Assembly: GCA_044892525.1 (NCBI GenBank)
Contig: CM097886.1
Location: 35,898,001 to 35,962,000, forward strand
From: Schmidtea polychroa
Lineage: Eukaryota
DNA: 64,000 nt
Direction of reading: 5' to 3'
This document shows positions 12,001 through 17,696 of the stretch, piece by piece; within the stretch, counting starts at the first letter, position 1, and each line of letters opens with the position of its first letter. A program made the position numbers and the translations under genes. A model generated the notes under the pieces. The model searched no databases and was not told the origin of the DNA. It worked only from the letters and a program-made list of their open reading frames with translations.

Positions 12001-12693
12001 ATAACGAACGTCAAAGGAAAAGAGGTACACCTAGGAAAAGGTGGTGAAGTAGTAATAACGCAGATCCAACCTAGAAAAGAGCACAAAGTCTGTATTTCAA
12101 GATTAGGACCAGGCGAGAGATGCCATCAATATGTGACGCAGCAGCAGCCGCCGAAAGAATACACGGTTTGTATCTGGAGGAATGAATCAAAAAGAGAATG
12201 CCGACGATACCCGGGGAAAAGAGGAAAGAAAAGAAAAAACCACGACGAAAAGAACGAAGGAGGAAAGCACAAGAAAACTGGTGAGGAAGCTCAGGACAAC
12301 TATGTTTCGGAGGAAGAGATGGAAAAAATACAAAAGATGGCAAAGGAGGGTATGAACGAGGAAATAGCAAGAATACGGGAAAGGATGAAAGGAAATGGCA
12401 AAAGAGGAAACGAGAAAAGTACAGAAGCGATATCAACATTAACAAACAAGGAAAAACCAGAGAGTATAAGCGTGAAGCAGATGATGTGGATCAGTGGGAT
12501 AATAATAACAGGGGCATTCCTAATCATAACGGGGGGAACAATAAAAATAATTAAGGATAAACGACATCGCGGAGAACTGGAGATGACTCGAATCAGAAAT
12601 TTCCAACATCGAGTGAAACGACCAAGTGATATCAAACAAGAACAGTGGGTGGAGGCCTGGAACGCTCAGCGCCCTCCAAACTCACGTATATAG
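1..12693 (+). CDS. Giant polyprotein (Ubl x3, Bcl-2-like, Env, PR, RT, RNase H, IN, ankyrin, TM protein); 5' incomplete
   Basis: Frame is open from base 1 (RLQAEEERIKQ...); the track start at 64 is only a TTG. Motifs IDTGA, YIDD, TDASG, HDGRLGGH..C..C, DVVGP, TDQGTNF, TERFN, GPY. Confidence 0.95.
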   Translation, partial: RLQAEEERIKQERNQQRQEQPLRINMMKLVKDMKSQYCYNYGKSPRVVPMTEPEKVKEITTEMKTENSTTILKGNQRTQKIFWKKIKDKIEKEHNKAKTETEDENNKSEEQTSQLNHQMLQELESEETTIFERKKLKRVPRMRNLQINMMKRTKDVASSDEEEDYVSSLGGEILQPSEISEPPKGEIKEEESGNEITSESEDEDIEIKLRKAREEAIKQVAEILPVVVRNQEFIDVIPFRRFVQKVMKLERNEKDLIPNEEKSIIKNYMEKMKQADTTRYVIKIGTSRGLERMWIKNTVTDELFDWIREHLGSSRKKEYLYQYQGEQIKPDMHLVDALIWPGETQILKLHKEKQPANLYDWAKDAKAEYDFNIKLKLEQIKQCTLRRNLDKLIKQIQEQVEDNWDLLITRRAPAMYELMSRLRDTEMLRMSDWRTINLIHKYGRLKETQPQRLEITIWLPNEEKRRIKMSNQSTVDDLVSKINQEITEKVRSESSDGMVDDVVMMYDKIILRTEDDTSLSEMGMWDNHQIIRIVPMDEFRTRDVTYQKEIRDRMKTLYRKSTEIIEIHQQWLKEKELQGKITKLNTRSCRRTPWERVWNAESKEWEIRKGTFVETDIGETESESEEEEEEPPEYEEEARGQTSDDESETDVTSESENEARHIHAMRKKEREYADMDGEEATEAREREETERYKQLGDILAMGAKNQKRQVVALANIILKTSENIHNLRGMAKAIEEYRQYNEWYPEQLEQIIRKWRNQEWAQDTQERYHIQIKYPDKSIEELEVHPTTKIRELKKKLAYETPFHLQLFGKSLDDNADVGITPMRLEETNVLTMAETLGKPLKRKSKIIKPTKGSLSTPSPNKAPSKSNETEEVEEIILEDSDDEPGERSPLLVRWPTGAEMWTNNQPSTSYQQPTKLNIKEIIDNTTETETDEQFQKQREPTKVTPESQTDKIIDEWNEWLRNNDSSLPRTDNERNPNYENTREAGTMMEKRAKGRPKKQGEKSELKTKEQLKQEQGQVRLEKLDKIVWDLKEAQPTIERGEKWIRELLKDILIITNPQLRRLWQRKVASTEARQLWHTISGIIPKLIKEKTKTTKTDWDETKRVIEQLTTNANDDEHHLVVITYLMYNLMGLAARKIPNKQFANHVEMTVLIIENTIEPHIIRAGGWKRLIQAPRKNEQERSMQVRLKKLLNELEWELPMKDPASRKASINSLMMTMMIWMLCTSGATGFTIYDCDNMIMRDKYSLRDIEECRQASPNKLDIVRTKVTYHVYQESDFIRTQARECVVSKKVLAYYCGQYSYSTLILPGLDKEIVSIQREDCKELFRTGALKMHNGVTIHGQTGMIKTESVYVSGKVKSSDGSCNGGTYTIRGEVISGVVVIESYTVELKEYEAQFDANNYQMKTNPACKATENVCRTGVSTIIYEANTQKCRLQLLKSALFNEVKGEIYENENDEDGNDRVRMRNGKPMPPSPREKRLSTQKTPTALITDDPDLGMRFIKEKETTKCDSIVYKTNYAGIYMSRQIIDRAVGKIATEDVKLYLYANNKMDFLFHRGQTTLQKVYYDLIQNDCSLNKEILKTKLAIAITHPDNTMPSLPLPDGHFGRMVGEVMYTYQCTKTYARMPEKSILPEKRCANELEIRYKGQNRFVQPVTRIMNPVGFYPNLFNCSNAYGPLYERPDGKWMMLPGKTISEEPKKFGLIELATELDFKPIDVSNGGMYSPEDLETARLNVLFPARRESILSNMVTITGGTNYQSGPNYELLLSPDHFQQATSNMMKAMWGRFLVFGQMMAGILGIILIIQIVRVILTQMLACFDIYKREKKVNWKMIVGFLPFLAKTMVLHGHSKDIHRIKRLIKILTKIKGTDEEVGRRFRKVMYDEATRRQLKKNKPKFLDRFRSQSSNSDSDDDDNGNDKCLYPNRNPNEKPMETAPYWEKEKTNTWIANGSYIPPDIVGPQAALTMTQNMYPQLPSQPGMHYMPTRRTKSVDQADDVRTIAAMSLPGGPAVTVMIQINGKETNAMIDTGANVSAIAINQIPSKHWKNIESTTIHIIACSKETVDVVGRWWTTLRYQDNEIETYLAVIPKLSVPCIIGTDLMPELLKEVVIDLTTMCLKDKTGRICKMNAVIRCPEKIIVPAKSQMICQIKVDTGMEGEVIFEPSKSFEKRRELPLAREIITINQEGVIPLNITNFEEEDKIIYENEKLGRLTPMMDIELPKVTNEMIKDDELWTIDSMLLTNDEKKKLHRLLVEYKDIFAISDLDLGTCDVTLHAIPLIDETPIALRPYKLAEMQKEIAEAEVQKMLDAKVIEPSCSPWQFPVVMVKKKDGTQRFCIDYRKLNAVTKRDTYPLPDINEMLLMLQGAAYFTSLDLKSGYWQIKVKDEDKEKTAFTLGRDLYQFRKMPFGLTNAPASFQRCMNFVTHGIKQCMVYIDDLLIYSATFEQHLEDIRNVFIRLRQWKLKLKPSKCDWAKEKVTFLGHIVSAKGKEPDPRNIEKIKLCPAPKTVTQVQEFLGLCGYYRKFIKNYAGIAKPIQELVKKDISFIWEKEQQQAFETLRDKLIEAPILVHPDFKKPFLLATDASGYAAGAILGQLDDEGKERVIGYYSRTFKKHEKNYSVTEREALAIIQAIKHFRYLLWGHEICITTDHQPLVWLGQHKEASSRLMRWAMQLQEYSPFIKFKAGRANANADCMSRFIFPDLVDSEMQRICLIVAEDLDFCQLRKDQQEDAELKQIIDYVKTGKTEVYAKDQKLKEHMDKHRHRYIIEKDWLLIMDGEKRLMCIPENRRKELLTQYHDGRLGGHMSSKKTLARMKQKYFWPTLTEDVTEWVKNCLTCATRKNTGSKWKAPLTPMPVPIEPMTMISMDVVGPLPESDKGNVYILVITDFLTKFPEAFAMPDQKAKTIAKILVEEICCRYGTPKQILTDQGTNFMSEIMSEVTNYFKIAKLRTSPYHPQTNGMTERFNGTLIQMLSNYVDRHQRDWDEYINLCLMAYRMSIHASTKMSPFKLMYGRECNMPMDLEYQPPISQYMEIDDYVTKFKERMQEIWETAGLNIKFYQESYKDLHDRKKNVKQHTFQTGDWVMIETPELIPGTAKKLQRNGKGPYEILFVGETNVRVKLVNNPFTRPIYVNVARCKSIPKTATSQPEGRTLTTRSQTYRMNMMQQLAEPITGRLGIQPSEAEKIVKEVKIKIPGWAKDRLDFEILGGLLTMIENYANRERTHPLLRVVKSQWPILFTITDHYGDTPLHKLMKVGNNEQILETIEAFHDCKRSTEQTNNQGYTPLMIAANRGKTKDIITALLDTGSKITTQDHERKNALHHAIEGRSTEAFTSLMELLSYEDNREVGNMYDGLLTAIKEKLTTITEILITWRNPIRNDYMINVNEAFTRGENTLMREAMKGHHLFEIPNQLLERGIKFTNHKDEQLTKKRIDTFEKSLFQFTNQVRNKYWETVSVLYMMDTMNNIRENYMDIIQILTAEERINNPNGKKMKIKYEKSRESKSTTNQTVTNNVIETKSMSIDQEAIIRKAKEVFFEEMLELPDEIILSKIIKAVHTYARDQTTGLDIGKIKTFLPRAFTMVTKDSRTPLQQAILAAKENRAITIVRILGEMGEETNTKNEQGETAMMYAAITKIHPKTLHILHQSGSKLDEKSNEGNSTLDWATIQPNLEMIRFICKNATKEEVENMCKNTSQFQWNTVRKNLEAMKLLLTWRVPQNNKYAINVNEFYENGENAMVKNTLTKGGTPKIILIVLNREDLKFTQNQNEQQRIGKHRRMQLRELVKEWNRKRHAATGRKEFEFEAKLARNRVLTAYRRLLNDINVEDDILNDSGGDKHDDNNGKGRKEDKEKREQEEGKPENKDSDTKREGNSPGTKTKEEEKSNNGKQRVCLPFTNKEIETNMILMIIMLTMIELVTAQGGTRTIKETKEAENQDSKEDELKQEKKKQAQEQQWDLKEEWDLKERCILGRCMSRAYQKLVLINEATEPITEVRIQEAYRNRDGKRITNVKGKEVHLGKGGEVVITQIQPRKEHKVCISRLGPGERCHQYVTQQQPPKEYTVCIWRNESKRECRRYPGKRGKKRKNHDEKNEGGKHKKTGEEAQDNYVSEEEMEKIQKMAKEGMNEEIARIRERMKGNGKRGNEKSTEAISTLTNKEKPESISVKQMMWISGIIITGAFLIITGGTIKIIKDKRHRGELEMTRIRNFQHRVKRPSDIKQEQWVEAWNAQRPPNSRI
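835..1050 (+). other. Ubiquitin/SUMO-like domain 1 in polyprotein
   Basis: YVIKIG...LFDWIREHLG...YQYQGEQIKPDMHLVDALIWPGETQIL resembles the beta-grasp pattern; weakest of the three. Confidence 0.4.
1354..1605 (+). other. Ubiquitin-like domain 2 in polyprotein
   Basis: LEITIWLPNEEKRRIKMSNQSTVDDLVSKI...MMYDKIILRTEDDTSLSEMGM matches the Ubl pattern (TV.DL..KI; L.DD..LS..G). Confidence 0.6.
2299..2499 (+). other. Ubiquitin-like domain 3 in polyprotein
   Basis: YHIQIKYPDKSIEELEVHPTTKIRELKKKL...LQLFGKSLDD aligns by eye with ubiquitin [27 protein letters not shown]...LIFAGKQLED. Confidence 0.7.
3061..3525 (+). other. Bcl-2-like helical domain in polyprotein
   Basis: BH2-like IEPHIIRAGGWKRL preceded by amphipathic helices at BH1 spacing; the canonical NWGR is absent (DEHHLVV). 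The upstream part (NPQLRRLW...EARQLWHTIS) could alternatively be MADF/Myb-like. Confidence 0.6.
3628..5448 (+). other. Internal signal peptide + envelope (class III-like fusion) glycoprotein + TM anchor
   Basis: Hydrophobic LMMTMMIWMLCTSGATG then FTIYDC..YSLRDIEEC..YQE..REC..YCG: Cys spacing of chuvirus-type/retrotransposon-borne glycoproteins. NxS/T sequons (NCS, NYQS-like region); TM FLVFGQMMAGILGIILIIQIV. Confidence 0.8.
6001..6372 (+). other. Retropepsin aspartic protease
   Basis: VMIQINGKETNAMIDTGANVS and CIIGTDLM. Confidence 0.95.
6840..7560 (+). other. Reverse transcriptase (Ty3/gypsy)
   Basis: SPWQFPVVMVKKKDG, RFCIDYRKLN, LDLKSGYWQI, MPFGLTNAPASFQR, VYIDDLLI (YIDD at 7288-7299). Confidence 0.97.
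7700..8085 (+). other. RNase H (Ty3/gypsy)
   Basis: LATDASGYAAGAIL, YSVTEREALAI, TTDHQPL, NANADCMSR. Confidence 0.95.
8125..9480 (+). other. Integrase (HHCC, DDE core, GPY module)
   Basis: HDGRLGGH...CLTC; SMDVVGPLP; LTDQGTNF; GMTERFN; GKGPYEI. Confidence 0.95.
9721..11250 (+). other. Ankyrin repeats, two clusters (~9721-10250 and ~10741-11250)
   Basis: GDTPLHKL, GYTPLMIAA, KNALHHAI, RTPLQQAI, GETAMMYAA, GNSTLDWAT. Confidence 0.85.
11686..12693 (+). other. C-terminal type I membrane protein: signal peptide, FN3-like/Cys module, TM, short tail
   Basis: MILMIIMLTMIELVTA/Q; VVITQIQPRKEHKVCI resembles FN3 strands E-F; TM WISGIIITGAFLIITGG; ends NSRI*. Confidence 0.6.
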
Positions 12694-12853
12694 AAAGGAA
12701 TATGACTGTATATAATTGTAAAAAGTAAGTATATCTTATGTATATAACAGTACTATATCTTTATATAAGCGCGGTATCAATATTATACAATAACGGGAAT
12801 CATAAAATAAAATTAAATTTACATAAGAGCTGAAAAGTGTATATAAATTAGGA

Positions 12854-13213
12854 ATGGATCAAGGAAATAACGAAATGAACCACAATACAGTAACTGAAGA
12901 ATTATGGAAGCAACAATGTGCCGTATTAGCACAATTAGTGTCCAATTTGCAAGAACAAGGACTGACGATGCACAGAAACCTGATCGAGAGTATGAACAGA
13001 GGATTTAGTTATTTGAAGATAATTGAAGACCAGAGGTTAAAAATCGAACAAATGCAAAGAGAGATAGAGAGGATAACCCAATATAGCCGTCGACAGGAAA
13101 TTGAAATAGACAGAATGATGGAGGAAGCAGAACAGACAGAAATAGAAGACTGGTCGGAATGGCTAATGAATAGAGAGGAGAGCGGACACGAAGCCGACTC
13201 TTCCGAACCCTAA
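12854..13213 (+). CDS. Accessory ORF1, 119-aa coiled-coil protein with acidic tail
   Basis: ORF track; same-length homolog at 51825-52184(-). Confidence 0.85.
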   Translation: MDQGNNEMNHNTVTEELWKQQCAVLAQLVSNLQEQGLTMHRNLIESMNRGFSYLKIIEDQRLKIEQMQREIERITQYSRRQEIEIDRMMEEAEQTEIEDWSEWLMNREESGHEADSSEP

Positions 13214-13298
13214 ACCAAACCTAGCTCAAAATGTAAATAATTGTAAATAAAATATCGAACCTGTATCGATAAGAACTATTTGTACATATAATTATAGA

Positions 13299-14687
13299 AT
13301 GGATAAACGACAAAGAGAAGAGTTCAGAGAGATTGTCGAGCAAGTCCGAAAATCTACAACGATCAGAATACACAAACATGTTACGTGCGGAATATGTGAA
13401 AAGTTGTTAAAGGAACCTCACCAAACGCAATGTGGATGCAGAGTATGTAAAGAATGTATCAGTGAAGCAATAAAGAATAGACCACAGAAGTGCCCGGTGT
13501 GTAAAGAGACACTAATATCGAGTTTAGAAGACACTAACGAGGATAAAGCCGCAGTGAAAGACATGTTAAACACCAACCTGGGATGCAAAAATGCCCCATG
13601 CGAATGGAAAGGAGTAATATGGAAGGTAGTACAACATATGGGAGAATGTATGTACCGAATTGGCCAGTGTGAAAGGTGCCATAAAACCATTCGAGCAAGC
13701 GAAGAAAAAGAGCATCAAAGGCAGTGTGAAGAGAGATTGGAAAGATGTGAACACTGTGGAGAAATAGATACGTGGATAAATCTCACCCTCAAACATCACA
13801 ATGTCCAAGAGGAGAGAGTATGTGCAGAGTTCAGTGGGGAATGCCCGAACGGATGCGAAGAAGGGAGAATAATAAAAATAGCCCAACACCTAAAAGAATG
13901 TGAGAAGAAAAGGATGATATGTGTACTAGGTAGATGGGGTTGTCAGAAATTACTACACCGAGGTGAGTTACCACATCATTTAGTAGAAAATGCTTCAACT
14001 CACGCAGAAATGTGGTCGACTGCGTTACAAGAAAGCGAAGAGAAAGTAAAACAAATGGAGATAGAGATAACATCGTTGAAAGTGTTAGTCAAAGAACTAC
14101 TAGAAGAAAGGAAAGCGTTCGAAGAAGCCCGAGCAAACATAAAGATGCAAATAAACCGAACAGAAATCAGTAATAATCAGGCCAAGGAGCTACATCAGAA
14201 AATACGGGAAATAAATCTAAATGAGATAACCCCAACAGCACCCTACATATGGAAAATAACGGGAGTAAAAGAAAGAATACGAAAAGCAAAAACCGGAGAA
14301 GAGACAAGAATAACAAGTCCTACATTCCATTCTTGGAAAAATGGGTACAAAATGAAAATGAAGATATATCCCAACGGGGACGGAACCGGATCAGATACGC
14401 ACTTTTCGATTTTCTTTCTGTTATGTAAAGGAGAATACGACGAAATATTAGAATGGCCGTTCCAGGCAAAAATCGATATTACCCTGATGAACAACCAAAG
14501 TATACATGAGCAAAGCTTCAAAACAACGGGGAATCAAATAGCTTACCAGAGGCCCCTCAACGAAGAAGGATCAGCAACAGGAGCACCCACGTTCATCTCA
14601 CAACAAAGAGTAGAAGATATGGCGAGAAATGATACCATATATATCAAGATGACCGTGAGGAAAGAGGAGAAGGGTAGAACGGAATAA
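13299..14687 (+). CDS. TRAF: TRAF-family protein (RING, TRAF zinc fingers, coiled coil, MATH), 462 aa
   Basis: CGIC..LLKEP.QT.CG.RVC..CI..CPVC; repeated C..C...H...C fingers; YIWKI, SPTF...GYKMKMKIYPNGDG...HFSIFFLLCKGEYD.ILEWPF; homolog at 50346-51734(-). Confidence 0.95.
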   Translation: MDKRQREEFREIVEQVRKSTTIRIHKHVTCGICEKLLKEPHQTQCGCRVCKECISEAIKNRPQKCPVCKETLISSLEDTNEDKAAVKDMLNTNLGCKNAPCEWKGVIWKVVQHMGECMYRIGQCERCHKTIRASEEKEHQRQCEERLERCEHCGEIDTWINLTLKHHNVQEERVCAEFSGECPNGCEEGRIIKIAQHLKECEKKRMICVLGRWGCQKLLHRGELPHHLVENASTHAEMWSTALQESEEKVKQMEIEITSLKVLVKELLEERKAFEEARANIKMQINRTEISNNQAKELHQKIREINLNEITPTAPYIWKITGVKERIRKAKTGEETRITSPTFHSWKNGYKMKMKIYPNGDGTGSDTHFSIFFLLCKGEYDEILEWPFQAKIDITLMNNQSIHEQSFKTTGNQIAYQRPLNEEGSATGAPTFISQQRVEDMARNDTIYIKMTVRKEEKGRTE

Positions 14688-14879
14688 CCAATCGAATAAT
14701 GTTGTATATAATAATCTGTATATATCGGTGTATATAACCAATAAAATATTATATAATAATAGTATGAAAACCCTAAATACGAAAACCCAAAAATGATGCG
14801 AAAATTCCCCAAGAAACAGTAAATAATGAATAAATTCCTTTTTCATAATAAAAGATTAATCGATGTCTATGATTTAGAG

Positions 14880-15935
14880 ATGACAAAAGAGAAAATAACC
14901 GAAACTGCGATAGACCCAACCAATGTCAACAAGACACAAATTCTCCGAGAACATAACAAAAAATGGAACAAAGTAATGTTCCAACTAACTAATCTCACCC
15001 GAAATCACATCGAAGAAACTAGAGAAGATGAGAATAGTCAATACCAATGGTTAATACACAACTTAAGAGCGGAAGCAGAAGCATGCAAAAGAGCATCAAA
15101 ATGGGCGTCACTAGAAAATACCCGCCAAGAAGCACACAGCCACTACTTAAAGCAGCTAGTGCAGGAAGCGAGAAAGAGACTTACCGATGAGAACACCAAG
15201 CGCGAAGCGGAAAAACAAATAGAAGACAGGAAAATGATGCACTTAGTGGCAGAAGCGAGGAAATGGAAAAGACAAAACAGAGAAATGAAAAAAGAGATGA
15301 AAGAATTGCCCATGAGACTCGGATATGAAAGCGAACAAGGTAAATGGGAGGAGAATTTAATAATAAAGGAAGAATTGAAAAGGTTGAGAAAGGTCGCCGC
15401 CCGAAGCCAAACCTGGCAAACAAAGGCTATGGAGTTTGAGCGACATTTGGCAATGAAGTGCGACATAAGAGAGCACGAGAATGCCGCAATGGAAGAGATG
15501 ATAACCCAACAAGCGGGACGGGTTGTGGAATTAGTAAATCAGGTAGAAGAGATGAAAAGAGACCTTAATGGATTACAAGGATCGCTGGAACAAAGAAACA
15601 TGGTCCTAGCGGGAAAAAACAGAAAATTAGAAAACGAAAGGAAAATGTACACCGAAAATATTAAAAACTTAGAAATAGAAATTGAAAAATGGAAGGGCGA
15701 CGAGAAAATCAAGGCCCTAGACAAACAGATAGAGGCGCAAGATGAAGAGACAAGGTATCTCACCTATCTGCTCGACGAGGAATTGAATATCACTCGAGCT
15801 CTAAGAGACGAAGTTAGTGAATTGAGAGCTCAAATTCCCCAATATTACCTACCATACGACCCTATTGCGATACAGTTACATTCCGCGGTCGATAGTGATG
15901 AAGGTTATGTAGGCCAGGAGGAAACCTTCGTATGA
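14880..15935 (+). CDS. Accessory ORF3, long coiled-coil protein (~351 aa)
   Basis: ORF track 14826-15935; start moved to ATG 14880 because homology to copy B (49088-50125) begins there. Confidence 0.85.
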   Translation: MTKEKITETAIDPTNVNKTQILREHNKKWNKVMFQLTNLTRNHIEETREDENSQYQWLIHNLRAEAEACKRASKWASLENTRQEAHSHYLKQLVQEARKRLTDENTKREAEKQIEDRKMMHLVAEARKWKRQNREMKKEMKELPMRLGYESEQGKWEENLIIKEELKRLRKVAARSQTWQTKAMEFERHLAMKCDIREHENAAMEEMITQQAGRVVELVNQVEEMKRDLNGLQGSLEQRNMVLAGKNRKLENERKMYTENIKNLEIEIEKWKGDEKIKALDKQIEAQDEETRYLTYLLDEELNITRALRDEVSELRAQIPQYYLPYDPIAIQLHSAVDSDEGYVGQEETFV

Positions 15936-16103
15936 GGGTGGATGAAAAAATGAAAAACTAAAAACCGGGACGTATATCCCAAACAAAAAAATTAAAGTAT
16001 TGTAAAAGTATTCAGGGGACTGTAACCCAAACTATTAAATTTTATATCAATGTATACGTATAAGTCGCACTATAGCGCACCATTAACTGTACATATTATA
16101 GAT

Positions 16104-16802
16104 ATGAAAATCGAGGAAATGATAGAAATTATGAGCGACGTAGAAGAGGGAGAGATTGAGGCAGAAACAACAGAAACCCAAACGCTAAAGGCCGAGTTAC
16201 GGGAAGAGAAATACGAAAACGGGAGATTAATAAACAAATACCTGGAGGACCGGAAAATGATAAAGGTGTTAAAGAAAGAGTGCGAAGCGTTGGGGGAAAT
16301 AAAAAGAGAAACGGAAGAGGAAAATGAATGGCTACACGAACAAAGGAAGCGAGGGAAAAACTGGGAAAAGATAGCGGAAGAACTATGGAAAGAGAGGGCA
16401 AGCTTCAAAGCAAAGGAGGTAATCCAAGACTACTGGAAAACTGAGGCGAAGGAGCGCCAAACAGCTATAAATAAATTAAAACGACAACTAGAAGAAAACC
16501 AACGGGAAAGTAAAGAAATGAGGAAGTGGGTCCGCAAATATAGAGAAATAGAAAGAAAACATCAACAACAAAATTACCTGCAAGAAAACGAACAAGATCT
16601 CCTACAAATCGAGCTAAAAAGAAACCTTGAAAAGAAAAGGGAAGAAATTAGACGCTTGGAAAAAGAAATTAGACATCTAAAGAGAGAAGCCCGTGAAAAA
16701 GACCGACAATTGGAAATGCTGCCCGAGTTAAGACACAGGGTAATTAAAGCAGAGTCCACCTTGATGAGAATCGGCGAAAATAATCCAAATCAGAACCATT
16801 AA
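16104..16802 (+). CDS. Accessory ORF4, coiled-coil protein (~232 aa)
   Basis: ORF track 16050-16802; ATG 16104 matches the copy B start (48212-48913). Confidence 0.85.
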   Translation: MKIEEMIEIMSDVEEGEIEAETTETQTLKAELREEKYENGRLINKYLEDRKMIKVLKKECEALGEIKRETEEENEWLHEQRKRGKNWEKIAEELWKERASFKAKEVIQDYWKTEAKERQTAINKLKRQLEENQRESKEMRKWVRKYREIERKHQQQNYLQENEQDLLQIELKRNLEKKREEIRRLEKEIRHLKREAREKDRQLEMLPELRHRVIKAESTLMRIGENNPNQNH

Positions 16803-16857
16803 ATTAAGGGTCATTAAAACCAATTGTAAATAAACATAATGAATGTATAATAGTATC

Positions 16858-17511
16858 ATGCGAGGCGAGATGATGATAACAATGATGGTATTGATGATTC
16901 TGATGGAGAGCAAACAAATAGACGCCCAACCGAAAATCGTACGAGATTACCGAAATCAAAATCAAGAACCTAAACAAGAATCCAGTCAATGCACATACCC
17001 GATGACCGTAAAAACCCATATCATCCAAACCATTCAATCAACCCGATCACACATCAACAACATCCAAACAATGTGTAAAAAGAATCCCATTTGTAAAATG
17101 ATAAACAAACAAATCCTCGAACAAATTCAACAATTCGACCAGTTGGAACAACAAATGCAACAAGAGAATTTTGGAAATCTGGTAGAAAAGCCAAAAATAC
17201 CTCCCGAAATCAATGACACCCATTATCTCATATATGCGGTGATCGCAGAAACCCTCCTCCTATGTCTACCAATATTCATGAAAATTTACGAAGTTCGAAA
17301 TAGATGTAGAATCTCGACATCAATAAGAGTAACCTCGAACCAAAATCCTCAAGAAGTGCCCCTGACAAATCTTAACCCAACCCCATTCCGACCTCGAACC
17401 CCGAGTAATCAACCAATCCAGCCGAAATCTAATAGTCAGACCTATCTCAACATCAATACCCAAACCAACCAACAGCCGCCAGCAGAAGCATCAATGGTTA
17501 ACAGTTCATAA
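16858..17511 (+). CDS. Accessory ORF5, type I membrane protein (signal, coiled coil, TM, P/Q/N/T-rich tail)
   Basis: MMITMMVLMILMES signal; TM YLIYAVIAETLLLCLPIFM; diverged homolog 47521-48156(-) shares I.ETL..C. Confidence 0.8.
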   Translation: MRGEMMITMMVLMILMESKQIDAQPKIVRDYRNQNQEPKQESSQCTYPMTVKTHIIQTIQSTRSHINNIQTMCKKNPICKMINKQILEQIQQFDQLEQQMQQENFGNLVEKPKIPPEINDTHYLIYAVIAETLLLCLPIFMKIYEVRNRCRISTSIRVTSNQNPQEVPLTNLNPTPFRPRTPSNQPIQPKSNSQTYLNINTQTNQQPPAEASMVNSS

Positions 17512-17696
17512 ACTCTAACTCAAACATTTGTGTTATTATATGTGGAAACTTTTATTGTATGTACAAACTATCACCTTAAGTGATACTTGCTTGATCTTGC
17601 TTTGACCTTGATCTTACAATAAAAATTTTATCATTGTTGTATAATTTTCGTGTTCGTGTTATATTTTTTTGAATGAATGAATTAAGTTAATTATGC

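Noticed and set aside
492-12635. Many 60-150 aa minus-strand ORFs over polyprotein A (and plus-strand ORFs over B)
   Set aside because: Antisense shadows of an A-rich coding strand (Phe/Ser/Leu-rich, no domains); matches between A and B only mirror sense-strand conservation
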